A DNA stretch of 64,000 nucleotides, taken from assembly GCA_018697675.1 (NCBI GenBank), contig JABINC010000042.1, forward strand, positions 7,077 to 71,076, given 5' to 3'. Numbering within the stretch: the first letter of the stretch is position 1; each line of letters starts with the position of its first letter. The stretch comes from Candidatus Peregrinibacteria bacterium (GTDB taxonomy: Bacteria > Patescibacteriota > Gracilibacteria > UBA1369 > JABINC01). Positions 34,481-46,000 of this stretch are shown here, piece after piece. The notes under the pieces were generated by a model. That model worked only from the letters and a program-made list of their open reading frames with translations. It had not been told where the DNA came from and made no database searches. The translations under genes and the position numbers were made by a program.

Positions 34481-36021
34481 GTGATAATGGATTCAGTGAT
34501 ATATGGTTTGAGTTGAGGGACATTTGACGGTGCCAAATTTAGAATGTTCGAGACGATTTTGGCCGCCTCAGCACGTGTCAAAAACCCTTCCGGATCAAAT
34601 CTACCACCGCCCTTTCCATTAATCAAATTTAAACGATATGCAGATTCGACATATGGCTTTTGCCAAGTCTCATGTACATCGTAAAAGAAGGTGTGAGCGT
34701 AAGTGTAAGGTTGGAGCTCCGCGGCACGCATAGCTGCAGCGACCGCCTCGCTTCTTGTGATATGCTTATTTGGTCGGAAATGCCCTGTCGTATAACCTTC
34801 TACAACTCCTTCACGCGCCGCTGTATAAACATATTCCGCAAACCAATCACTTCGATACACATCATTGAAATAATGCTCCCCTGCCCTACGATTTTCTAAA
34901 TCATAGTCCACAGCTTTTACGAGCATTTTTGTGAATTCCGCACGGTTTATAAATCGATTTGGATAAAACATTCTATTTCTGTATCCATCTATAACTCCCT
35001 TGTCGAGAAGATCTTCAATATAAAGTTGGCCCCAGTGTCCGCTGATATCAAAAAGTGTATTTGGCACTACCGTTCTAGAATTGAGTTTGATTTGTGCGTC
35101 CCTCTTTGCATCTCGCGCCTTCGCTGTATCCACCTCTACACATCGTCCATTTCTCACAACTTTTCCATCGCTACATTTCAAAAGATAAATTTCCTCCTCC
35201 GGCGAAACATATTCAAATGTACCTCCGTACTTCGTCTCCACTATGTATCCGATACTGTCGAACGTATATCCCGGTATCACCATAGTCGCTTCTTTCACTT
35301 CATATGGATTAAATTGAAAAGTGTTTTTTACCCAAGCCTGGCAAGTAAATCCGGCATCCCCTGTGTACTGCTCGTTCTCAGAAAACTCATGAAAAGTCCA
35401 CGGATCCCCAACAACATACAGATCCTGCGGATTTGCAATTGGACTGTGCACATACGGCGCATCTACCAATCTCAATCTTACCCCAAAAATATCTTTGGTC
35501 GAAGATCCACAACCACCCCTGTATTCGCTCCACATAAGCGGCACCGCTGACGTATTTTCTGCAGTGATCCTCACAACGAGCTCATCCCGAAATTCATCAT
35601 ATTTTGCATCATGAGTTACTTTGATCACATCTTCTTTACACCCACCATTTGCCCGCATAGGACAATTACAAGTCATGTCTTCATATAGGACTCCGCCCGT
35701 GATCTCACACATCGCTTTTTCGTCTTTCACACAACGCCCATACGGCTCAGTCACATGCCCAGAATGCTGTTCAAAAATATCACAACTCAACCCATTCGCA
35801 CATTCATAAAAAGTTCCACCTCTGAGTGCATTTTGATCCACATCTGCACATAGTTCACCTTCATACACAATTTCCGTATTCGCATACTGATTGTAATAGT
35901 CTGTGAAAGCACTAACTTGTGGTACTAGAAGTGTTACAAAAAGTGTGAAAACAGCCAGTGATAGCCCAAAAACAACCAAAGATGCTTTAAAATTACTCAA
36001 AAGTGATAAAAATTTCTTCAT
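34468..36021 (-). CDS. Secreted Cys-rich protein with three C-terminal SLH domains
   Basis: Signal/TM at the N-terminus. Three SLH repeats (FDISGHWGQLYIEDLLDKGVIDGY...NRAEFTKML; FNDVYRSDWFAEYVYTAAREGVVEGY...TRSEAV; FYDVHETWQKPYVESAY...TRAEAAKIV). Confidence 0.8.
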   Translation of the reverse strand: MKKFLSLLSNFKASLVVFGLSLAVFTLFVTLLVPQVSAFTDYYNQYANTEIVYEGELCADVDQNALRGGTFYECANGLSCDIFEQHSGHVTEPYGRCVKDEKAMCEITGGVLYEDMTCNCPMRANGGCKEDVIKVTHDAKYDEFRDELVVRITAENTSAVPLMWSEYRGGCGSSTKDIFGVRLRLVDAPYVHSPIANPQDLYVVGDPWTFHEFSENEQYTGDAGFTCQAWVKNTFQFNPYEVKEATMVIPGYTFDSIGYIVETKYGGTFEYVSPEEEIYLLKCSDGKVVRNGRCVEVDTAKARDAKRDAQIKLNSRTVVPNTLFDISGHWGQLYIEDLLDKGVIDGYRNRMFYPNRFINRAEFTKMLVKAVDYDLENRRAGEHYFNDVYRSDWFAEYVYTAAREGVVEGYTTGHFRPNKHITRSEAVAAAMRAAELQPYTYAHTFFYDVHETWQKPYVESAYRLNLINGKGGGRFDPEGFLTRAEAAKIVSNILNLAPSNVPQLKPYITESIITWPR

Positions 36022-36106
36022 TATTTCTCAAATTATCAAATAAGGGGATGATTTTCGCATAAATGAGCGAAATTCGCAATGGGATTTAAGATCTAGCCCC
36101 TTACCA

Positions 36107-36484
36107 TCACCGTTCCATCCTTTTAAATAATGCTCTGACTGACTCTCGGATTGCCCCATGAGCTGACCCAAAATGGTGAGCCCCTTTACGTTGGAAATCA
36201 GGATCTGGACCATCAAGTTCTCTGTACCATTGCCAATTCCCCGGATCGCTAGACATGTTTTTCACATGACGCTCAGGGCGTAAATCCTCTGGTATAACAT
36301 CATCTGATTTCCCCCTTCCATATACCCAAAAAAGTGGCTCCTCATGAGATGTATTTTCTACCACTGCAAAAATCCGTCTCCCCTCTAAAATCGCAACTGA
36401 TACCACCGCCCTTTGAGCAGTAATTTGCCTTGGAGGTTCAATAGTTTCTATAACAAGATCTGGATGTGAAAATTTTTCAGGCAT
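36107..36484 (-). CDS. Hypothetical 125-aa protein (third gene of the orphan operon)
   Basis: I prefer the start at MPEKFSH (36484), 8 nt after the upstream stop. The ORF-track start at 36559 would overlap the upstream gene by 68 nt. Confidence 0.45.
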   Translation of the reverse strand: MPEKFSHPDLVIETIEPPRQITAQRAVVSVAILEGRRIFAVVENTSHEEPLFWVYGRGKSDDVIPEDLRPERHVKNMSSDPGNWQWYRELDGPDPDFQRKGAHHFGSAHGAIRESVRALFKRMER

Positions 36485-36491
36485 GTTATAT

Positions 36492-38255
36492 TTAGTGATA
36501 CCATGAATGTTCTTCGGGCTCTTCACCGAAACCTCGAAGTCTGCCTTCAAATATTGCAATTCCTGCTAGATACTTTCTTGCTTCTTCGTCATGGGTACCA
36601 TGGTCGGTTTCCAGGTATCGCTCTAGGAAGGTTTTTATGAATATAATTACTCTCAACTCAACATTTGGTCCATTGGCAAACTTTTCACACCTTTCTTCAT
36701 TGCAATCAATAAAATAAAATATTACTTTTTCTCGTGCGCATAAAAATAGTTTTTCAGGTTCCTCTTCGGCAAGCTCTCTCATAATTCTTTGCATTATTGG
36801 AGTAGAAAATAGATCCTTAACGTTTGGGATCCAGGTATCCCTTGCAGATAAAGTTGCATAAAATTCTTTTTTTAATGCTTCCCACTTTTCTCTGCTTAAA
36901 TCTGCAGATTGCACCAATTTAGTTGTTATCGGATGGCCCCAAAGGGTTATTTGGGTCCTTAAATCACTTCCTGATATCAGAAGTTTCCAGAACTCAGCTA
37001 ACTCTTCTATATCTATACGGTCATCGAGAAGTCTGGTAGTTATTGGATTATTTATACGAAATGAATATTCTAGAGCAGAGGAGACTTTTATTAAATCTTT
37101 TAGTGAAGGCCTTTCTTTGGCTAGCTCATTTTTTAAAATTTCATCAAGAGCTGCTACAATTTCCTTTTCCCCTTTTCTATACATCCAATGCTCCCTCTTC
37201 CCACCTTGTGGGACGTTTTCTCTAATCAAGAAATGTGGCACTAAGCTTGGTGCGACTTCTTCTAAGCATTGTGTTATATCCCTTGTCACCCAGGAAACTT
37301 GGTCCAAGGGCACTCCTGAGCCACCATATTTCGCATAATCCATTTGTAAATCGAATGATCCTGCTTTTAGTAGATCTATCAAATCTTTGAACAAACTTTC
37401 ATAAAATTCTTTACGCTCTTCTGGTTCTTTGTCTGCATCTGTGCCTGCGAGTTTTCTGTGTAAATCCCTGAGTCTTAGGCGAATTTTTAGATCTGGGGCC
37501 TCATCTGTTTCAGAGGGAACTCTTTCTAATGCCCTGTATTCATTTTTAAAAGGGAGCTCCACTTGCCAAAATTCTTTCTCCGCCTCTGCATATAATCTTC
37601 TGATCCAGGCGGTTATTTCTCGTTCATGATTGAGGAGTTGCACAACCCCAGGTTTATCGATTCCATCTACCCAGGTAGCGAGCTCTTCAAATAAACGTTC
37701 TAATGATGGAGGTACTTCATGTGTGTCATCAGCTATAACTGCCTCAATACCCGCTCTAACTTGATGTCCGATGATATCCCAATCTTCTATGGCCTCTGCA
37801 TTGGCTCTAACGTAATCACAAAATCTTTCCCAAACTTCTGGATCTCTTTCTACATCTTCTGCTCTGCGGAATACTACCTTAGTTTCTGATTCTGAGGCAG
37901 GCTCTTCATCTTCTACTGGCCATATCTCATCCTCTTCAAGCAGACCAATCTCTTTCATAAATTTCTCTACTCCATCGTTTGGAGTTTCTGGTTTATCATA
38001 AAAATCTGTGACAACAATTTTCGCGCCTCTGCGCTTCGCTTTCGCGGCTTGTAATAGCCAATAAACCGTTCCAATGGAAAGATCTCCTATTTCTTTTTTT
38101 CTGACTGTACAGACATGAAATTCTTGACCCGCGAGATCTTCTGCGAGCTCTGGAGCTGCGAGTCCTGAACCTTCTTCTACTGGTTCAGCTAATGTGTCGA
38201 ATTGTGCATCGAGTTCTTGATATGGAAATTCTCGATCAAATAAACTATCTAGCAT
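36492..38255 (-). CDS. Hypothetical 587-aa acidic, mostly helical protein (orphan)
   Basis: Long ORF with a 7-nt overlap with the upstream gene. No motif recognised. Confidence 0.6.
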   Translation of the reverse strand: MLDSLFDREFPYQELDAQFDTLAEPVEEGSGLAAPELAEDLAGQEFHVCTVRKKEIGDLSIGTVYWLLQAAKAKRRGAKIVVTDFYDKPETPNDGVEKFMKEIGLLEEDEIWPVEDEEPASESETKVVFRRAEDVERDPEVWERFCDYVRANAEAIEDWDIIGHQVRAGIEAVIADDTHEVPPSLERLFEELATWVDGIDKPGVVQLLNHEREITAWIRRLYAEAEKEFWQVELPFKNEYRALERVPSETDEAPDLKIRLRLRDLHRKLAGTDADKEPEERKEFYESLFKDLIDLLKAGSFDLQMDYAKYGGSGVPLDQVSWVTRDITQCLEEVAPSLVPHFLIRENVPQGGKREHWMYRKGEKEIVAALDEILKNELAKERPSLKDLIKVSSALEYSFRINNPITTRLLDDRIDIEELAEFWKLLISGSDLRTQITLWGHPITTKLVQSADLSREKWEALKKEFYATLSARDTWIPNVKDLFSTPIMQRIMRELAEEEPEKLFLCAREKVIFYFIDCNEERCEKFANGPNVELRVIIFIKTFLERYLETDHGTHDEEARKYLAGIAIFEGRLRGFGEEPEEHSWYH

Positions 38256-39394
38256 TTTTTTTGATTAGTGATATTTCTTACCGATTTCATCCTCCTATAC
38301 AATTCTTCTACTCGTAATATATGTATTTTACCGGAAGTCTCAAATCTACTTTTATTACAAGGTAATTCATATATTTCTTCTATTTCTTCCCGATCTTTAT
38401 CTAAACTAACTCCGGGGGTCCCCCAATAATAATCTAGCCTTCCTCCTTCAGGGGCCTGACCTACAGTCCAATATGTTGGATAATAACCAAGGAAATTTAA
38501 AACAATCTCTTCACCATATTCAATATTCGCCATAAAAGACTGATAACTCTCAAAATCGCTTCTACAATATGTACTATAATATATACCTTCCAAACTATCC
38601 ACTGTACCTAATAGATGAATATTCGATATACAATCAATATGAGCTGACGATGAACGCCCCTCTCCTTCATGATCTAATAGGGAATACTCAAAATAACCAT
38701 TCTCCTCAACAGCGCCCAGTATTAATCCTCTTTTCTTAATGCCATCCTCTTCAAATTCAATACACATACCTGGCTTCAAACCTTCTCTAAGGACTTCCGG
38801 TGTTGGGAAATCTGCACTGAGATCCACTTGCATTTCTTCTTCTATTCTTTCAACTACCTCATATGGTGGAGTTATCCTAGTTACACATTTTTTCCCATCT
38901 TCCCGTATGAGACTTAATGAATTCTTATAATGCCAATTAATTGCATACTGATTACCATGACCGTCTTTGATCAGACTGCCTTTTGGTAATTGTGCAAAAA
39001 AATCATTGATCTCTTTTTGGTTTGCACCTTCAGCAAGTTTCATAATGGCGACTGAACCTTCTGATTGATTACCTATCATATCAAAACCTTGAGCTAAGAA
39101 TCCTCTAATTTGTCTAACTAATGCTGCAGCTGCTTTTCCAAATTGTTTGGTTTTAGTCTCAAGTCTCCCATTCTTTACCACGAGAAGTCCTCCATCTTTG
39201 AGAAACAAACGCACATTCTCTACTCCAGTTAAAAGACTAGAATCTCCTAACATCACTTCAGTAATTGATGATGCCCCCTCGAGACGTTCTGCATCTGACG
39301 CTCTTCTTGTTGGATCTGTTGTATTGCTCAATATGCCGTCCACTTCATCTGCGCTCAATGGATCACCAAGAATCAACTTTCTTTTTGGGCTCAT
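38249..39394 (-). CDS. Hypothetical 381-aa protein (orphan) with a beta-rich module resembling the AAA+ protein C-terminal repeat
   Basis: GLKPGMCIEFEEDGIKKRGLILGAV compares with GIRPGQRFFFEGFNIAGKGMFLTAL and GCGDIITTRGEFFTGRRGIILGQY in ORF 13669-17094. Confidence 0.6.
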   Translation of the reverse strand: MSPKRKLILGDPLSADEVDGILSNTTDPTRRASDAERLEGASSITEVMLGDSSLLTGVENVRLFLKDGGLLVVKNGRLETKTKQFGKAAAALVRQIRGFLAQGFDMIGNQSEGSVAIMKLAEGANQKEINDFFAQLPKGSLIKDGHGNQYAINWHYKNSLSLIREDGKKCVTRITPPYEVVERIEEEMQVDLSADFPTPEVLREGLKPGMCIEFEEDGIKKRGLILGAVEENGYFEYSLLDHEGEGRSSSAHIDCISNIHLLGTVDSLEGIYYSTYCRSDFESYQSFMANIEYGEEIVLNFLGYYPTYWTVGQAPEGGRLDYYWGTPGVSLDKDREEIEEIYELPCNKSRFETSGKIHILRVEELYRRMKSVRNITNQKKC

Positions 39395-39462
39395 ATTTTT
39401 TCGTTAACGAGACGGTATTATAAGCTTTTTTGAGTGGGGGTCAATAGTTGCCGAATGTTTTT

Positions 39463-39933
39463 TTAGTAATGATACTTCTTCCCTTCAATGATTGTGAAGG
39501 CGCGGTAGATTTGTTCTAGGAAGATTAGGCGGATCATTTGGTGAGTGAAGGTTGATTTGCTGAGGCTGAGGCGGAGGTCTACGGCTTTGCGGACAGTGTC
39601 TGAAACTCCGTATGGGCCGCCGATTATGAAGATTATTTTGCCTGTTTCGAAGTCTCTGATTCGTTTGATTGTAGATGCGAATTCTTCTGAAGAGAGCGCG
39701 CGGCCGGAGATGTCGAGGAGGATCTTTTTGTGGTCTTTGTGGGAGGAGAGTTTTTTAATTATCTCTTTGCTTTCTTCCTGGATTTGTTCTTGTTTGGACT
39801 TCGCTCCTGTGGATTCTTTGAGAGTGATTTTTTCGAGACTGCAAAATGCCTGGAGGCGCTTTTCGTATTCTTTCAGACCTTCTTCAATATAGGAATCTTT
39901 GGTCTTGCCGACTTGTAGGATTGTGATTTTCAT
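39463..39933 (-). CDS. rlmH: 23S rRNA (pseudouridine1915-N3)-methyltransferase
   Basis: MKITILQVGKTKDSYIEEGLKEYEKRL and the SPOUT C-terminus IIGGPYG...LSLSKSTFTHQM. I prefer the internal Met start at 39933. Confidence 0.9.
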   Translation of the reverse strand: MKITILQVGKTKDSYIEEGLKEYEKRLQAFCSLEKITLKESTGAKSKQEQIQEESKEIIKKLSSHKDHKKILLDISGRALSSEEFASTIKRIRDFETGKIIFIIGGPYGVSDTVRKAVDLRLSLSKSTFTHQMIRLIFLEQIYRAFTIIEGKKYHY

Positions 39934-40033
39934 ATGTGAGGATATCTGTGAGAATTTGTACGTCAAAATCCGTCTCCAAATCTAATGGATGATGTGGGTT
40001 TGTCAATGGGATAATGCTGGGCTTGCGAAAAAT

Positions 40034-43000
40034 TTAGCGAGAAAACATTCTTATGAATTTCTGTACTCGTCTTTCGCGTTCTTCTTGTGTTGAAAGTTTC
40101 TCTATTCCAGATGAATTAAATAAGGCTATTTTCCTGTCCTTAGAATTAGATGGCCCTATACCTTTTCTAAAATTGAGTAGGGCTGTGAATCTGTCTTTGA
40201 AACTTAGCGTTTCTGGAGATTCTTCTTCCAAACGTTTCATTTCTTGCTGAACTAAATTCAGTGTCTTCACGAATTCTGCATTTGTCATTTCAGCATCTGG
40301 CTTGAAAAGTTTTCCGTTGTCGTAACGCCCATTCTCGTACCCCTCTATGAATCCTTTGTTGTAGAAAAAGTAGATGTAAGGGGCTGTGCGATCAGTAATA
40401 TTTACATCTTCAAATGGGAGCGCTCCCGGCCCGAATTCTTCGAGAATTGTGTCCATAAATGTAGATCTGAATTCTGGGCTAGCTGTCTTGAAAAGGAGGA
40501 TTAACGCCTGGGCTCGGGTTAAGGTCGCTTCTGAGTCGAGAGCGTCTGACTGGCTCACAAGGCCTCTGTCCTCTGCAGCTTTCAAAGCTTGATTGTTGAA
40601 ATCCTGCATGACTTTTTTCTCTGAAGTTGTTGTGGCAATTAATATTTTCAATGCGTCCTCTTGAGTTATAGTTTTGTTTGGTTTCTCTGCGGTTTTTTGT
40701 ATAAATACCGCTAGTGGACCTGATGTGTTTATGTACTCCGATACTGATTCGTTCTTTAGTAATGCTTTGAAATGTCTAGCACTCCATGGAGATGCTTCAG
40801 AAGTTTTCGAATCTATTAATCGCTCCAACCGTCCTTTGGCTTCCGTTGTATATTCTTTTTCTTCAACAATCTGTTGTGTGTTTTTGATTAGGTTTCCCAT
40901 AGCAGATGTCTCTGAACTCCCCTCTTCTGGATCTGTTTGATCTGTAGTTTCTACTGTGGATATTCCATCTGTTGTTTCTGAAATACCCGGAGCCTCTGCT
41001 CCTGTTGTGCCAGTTCTTTCTACTCCGGCTTCTGCAGCTTCTGTAGCTTCTGTATCTTCTGTAGAACTTTCGCTGGCTTCTTCAGACACCTCTGTAGTGC
41101 CTTCTGCTTCCTCTGCAGCGTCTTCAGTGTCAGAAGAACTTCTACTAACACTGCTTGATGTTCCAACTACTCCAGTAAAGAATGAACTAGTAGTGGTGGT
41201 TTCGTTTCCATAATCATCAACTGCAAATATACTTGCGTAATAAGTTTCTCCAGGACTTGAAAGATCGAGGCCACTTATAGATGTACTTGTCGTTGCTAAA
41301 GTTGCGAGATTTGAATCATCGTCGTTGTCATATTCGGTCGCAGTGCCCGTGCGGTTCTCAACGTCTGCCGCCGTTGTGCCGTACCAGATTTCGTAATGAT
41401 CGAAGTTTGATTCTGTTGGAGCTGTCCAAGAGACAGCGAGATCATCGCCACTTCTTGAAACCAAAACTCCGGCTATAGTTGTTGGGTCTACATTGTCTAA
41501 GGTCACGCTCGAGATCGATAGGATCGCACCATTTTCCGTAGCATCATAAGGAGTAAGCCTCACCTGTGCAGAGCTTGTATCAAATACATCACCTCCAACC
41601 TGGCTGAGAGTTGGCCATACTATACGTACTGTATTTATCCCTGATGAACTTTTTATATATCCACTAGCGTTACCAATTTGATATGTGTTGTCGTTTTCGA
41701 CACTCACACTTTCTGTACCAGCGGAGACGCTGATATCTTCAGCGGTTTCACTGAAATCAATAGGTACCCAACCCGATCCTATGTTGTATTGCCCCTGCAC
41801 TTGAAGGGTGTCGTCATCATCTGCGTCATCAATTGAAAACTGCACTGTAACTTCACCTGAGCCGTCTGTGGCCTGAGTTGCTGTGGCGTTGCTGAGGGTT
41901 GGCAGACCATTGTTGTTTGCAGTCGCTGCCGAGAGAGTTGCTTCATTTGTATATGAATCAATAGCCCAGATCTTCGCATAATATGTTTTGTTTTCGTTGA
42001 GCCCCGTAATCGTTGTGGAGCTTGTAGACATTGTTGTGAAATTGGAATCATCACTATCGTCCCATTCGGTCGCAGTACCTGTTCTATTTTCCACATCTGA
42101 TTGATTTTCACCATACCAGATTTCATAATGATCAAAACTTGTCTCACTGCTCGCTGCCGTCCAACCCCATGTAATTGTAGAGGAAGTTGTCGCACTAGCT
42201 GCAAAACTGGCCATTCCTGATGGAGCTACATTATCTAATGTGAGACTTGATGACTCTGCTTCAGACCCATCGGCCACACCATCATATGGAATCACTCGGA
42301 GCTTAGCGGTTGAAAGATCTGCAGTCGGCTCGTCCGTCATCGACTCCCATTTGAATATCAATTGATTTGCACCTGACGAAGTCGTGATATATCCACTTGC
42401 ATTACCTACTTGATATGCGTTGTCGTTTTCAATATTAGGATTCCCATATGTCGCACTTATGGCCCCTTCCGTTATCGTTGCCTTGGTCCAACCTGCCCCC
42501 GTGTTGTATTCAACTTTCAACTGTAATGTGTCATCGTCATCCGGATCATCTACGCCTGCAACTGTCACCCTCACCTCTCCTGACCCATCTGTTGAAGGGG
42601 ACCCTGATACCGACGTGACTGTCGGAACTTGATTCGTCACAAAACTTATGTCTGAGCCACAACCTTCGTTCCCATAATCATCTACTCCACAAATCAATGC
42701 ATAGTATGTATTTCCAGCTGTGAGCCCCGTAACTGTAGTTGTGGTTGTAGAAATAGTTGCCAAATCCCCGTCATTTGAATCGCTCCATTCAGAGGATATA
42801 AGATTCTGCACATCTGATTGGCTTGTTCCGTACCAGATAGAATAGTTGGCAAAATTAGTTTCTGTCGAAGCTGTCCATGTCATTACCGCGGTAGTCCCCG
42901 ACCCTGAATCTTTTGATAATGAACCAGGGGTAGTCGGGGCAACAAGGTCAACCGTAAATGTAGTAGAAGTTTGAACTGTACCTTCCCCTCCCTGATCATA

Positions 43001-46000
43001 TGGAGTCACACGGAATTGTGCTGAAGAAGTATCCAAGTCAGCAAAATCACTGGCAACATCCCAGTCTACATTTATTGTATTAGCTCCACTTGAAGTTGAT
43101 ATATATGAAGTTGGCGCATTACCAACTTGATATGTTTCTCCATTATCAACTGTAGGTGTCCCATAGGTCGCACTTGTATCTCCACCATCTGTAGAAAGAG
43201 TTGCTGCCGTCCATGAACTACCATTATATACTTCAACTTTGGCCTCTACCAAATTATCATCATTCGCATCATCGATTATAAATTCCAAATCCACCACTCC
43301 TGTTCCATCCGTGTGCTGACTTGCCGAAAGTGAAGCTACCGTTGGAGCTGTATTCAAGACTGTGAAACTATTTGAAGCACCATCCGAGCTTTCACCTACC
43401 GCATTTGCATGACGTGCACGAATATAATACGTACCAGCCTGAAGCTGAGTTTGTCCTGCATGACGTCCCGCAAAAGTACCATTTGAAGAATTCACTACGA
43501 TACTTTCTAAGTTCGAAGTCGCCTCACCCGTATATGACCAAATTATTTTTGTAAAATCAGAATCTTCTGCAATTTCCCAGTCTGTGTATGTATGAGAAAT
43601 ATCCCCGCTAAATGCACTACTTGTAACTGTCGGTGTACGCGATACTCCTGTTGCTGAATTTGCTGGAGAAGAAATCGTAGGAGCATCTGGAGCTGAGAGG
43701 GCTGCTTTTTCTAGAGTACCTACTCCACCAACTGTACCTCCAGTACCAGCTGCGACATCCCCACTAGAAGAAACTGATTCACCACCGCCTAGAGTCCCAT
43801 AATAAATCGCCATTCGTCCTCCTCCTCCAGATCCATTACTCCCACCGCTAGAATTACCTCCTTTGGCATCTAATGATCCAGTTCCTGATAATTCACCAAT
43901 CGTTACTAAATATAAAGATCCACCGGACCCTCCTCCACCAGTTGCAGGTCCACCATTTTCACCATCTACAGAAACGGCACCATTGATCACTGCATTCCCA
44001 GAAGTTTGCAATATAATTCTACCTCCTCCATCCCCACCGTTTTCTCCACCCTGTGCTACTTGTGCACCACCACCAGACCCCATCAAAACCGGTGCTGTTT
44101 GTGATCCATAAGTTCCTCCACCAGCGGCATGTCCACCAGCTCCACCGTGTCCACCAGCCCCAGCCCAACCTGAGAAATCACCTTCACCACCAAGTGAGTC
44201 ACCCCCGTCTTCACAGGTATTGCTAGCTGTGGCACCGGTAAATTCCCCACAACCCATCGCATTTGCAGTCAATGAAGATGTCCCTCCAATATTAAGAGTT
44301 GTTAAATTTTCAAGTAGTATATTCCCCACAAATGAGGCTGTCCCCGATAAAGTCAGACCGCGTTTATTATCAGCAGAATTATTATTTACAGTTATTCCTG
44401 TGGCCAATTCATCTACTGTAGTAATTGTCGCTGAACCACTAAAAGTCATATCTGTATCCACACCGAAATCAATAGCACGACATGTCATATCGTGATCTGC
44501 CCAAGTGAAAGAATCTATACTTAGCCAGTTAAATTGAACCGTACTAGTATCTACACAATTAATAATTCCATCCCCACTCGCATTCAGAGTGCCCACTGTC
44601 CAGTTCACTGTAGTTACATCACTTTGGACATCCGAAGTTCCAGTTGTGTCAATGTCCAGGCTGCTAACTGTAAGAGCTACTGTTGAATCATCTGATCCGT
44701 CATCTAAATCATAAAGATTAAATCGATTTCCAATAAAACGCCAAGTATCGTCGTCCGTCTCTGTACTAAGAAAACCACTAGCTCCATCACTATCATTGTT
44801 CGGATCAATCGCAAATAAAATCGTACCATTTTCACCATTTTGACCAACGGTTCCTTCGTTTGCTGTAGCATTACTAATTAATGTTGTTGGTGTCCCAGAA
44901 ACATAATAAATAGCTATACGACCTCCTCCTCCATCTCCATTATTTGAACTAGAGGCATTACCACCATTTACATTTAAGTCACCTGATCCTGATAAAGAGC
45001 CTCCTATTCGTAAATACACCGCTCCTCCAGATCCCCCTCCACCATTACCCCCTGGCGCAGTTTGACCATTGGCTGATATCGTTCCATCCACAACTGCATT
45101 TCCTGTGGTTGATATTTTTAGACGACCACCACCCGCTCCACCGTTGGCAGCATCTCCCCCACCCGCTCCGAAATGGATTGGATGTAGAGCAGATCCAAAA
45201 GAAGCTCCTTGGTCAACACCACCACTTGGACTCTCACCACCATCACCTCCATAACCACCACCACCAGCATAATCTGGATCCACCCCTTCTCCACCTAAAG
45301 AATCTCCAGCGACCTGACAGACATTACTAACGCTAGGGCCTTCCTCTTGATCACAACCGTAAGTATCTGCAGTTATTGAAGCGGTACCTCCAACATTCAA
45401 AGTTGTTAAATTTTCCAGTAGCATATTCCCAGACCAGCTAGCAGTATCCGTAAGTATCAAACCTGCCGTAGTCCCATTAGCATTAATAGTCATAGCATCG
45501 ACATCTTCTGACTTACTCGCCTCAATTGCTGCAGAACCGCTAAAAGACAGATCCGTTGCAGTTCCCCAATCGATTTCTGGACAAGTCAAATCCTGATTTG
45601 CCCAAGTAATAGAATCAATACTTAACCAATTCCATTGCGCCGTAGCTGTATCTCCACAATCAATCGTTCCATTTTCACTTATATCCAGTGTATCTGCAGT
45701 AAGATTGATGGTTGTTACGTCACTCGCTATTAGACTGTCCGAAGTTGTTTCTATGGTCAGTGAAGCAACGTCGAGTGTAACTGTTGAATCATCGCTTCCA
45801 TCATCTTCATCTAAGATGTCAAAATGATCTCCCGAAAACAACCAGGTGTCATCTGAGGTTTCCGCAGAATTGTAACCATCTGTCACATCGGTGTCAGCAT
45901 CTGGATCAGAGACAATCAAAATCGTACCATCCTCCCCTGCTGCACCTAATGTTCCCGCATCAACTGTGGTATTTGCTTTGAGAGTTCCAATTGAAGAACT

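Noticed and set aside
36485-36559. 68-nt overlap between ORF 36107-36559 and ORF 36492-38255, possibly programmed overlap or frameshift
   Set aside because: An in-frame Met at 36484, 8 nt after the upstream stop, gives a conventional coupled arrangement. No slippery sequence was noticed.
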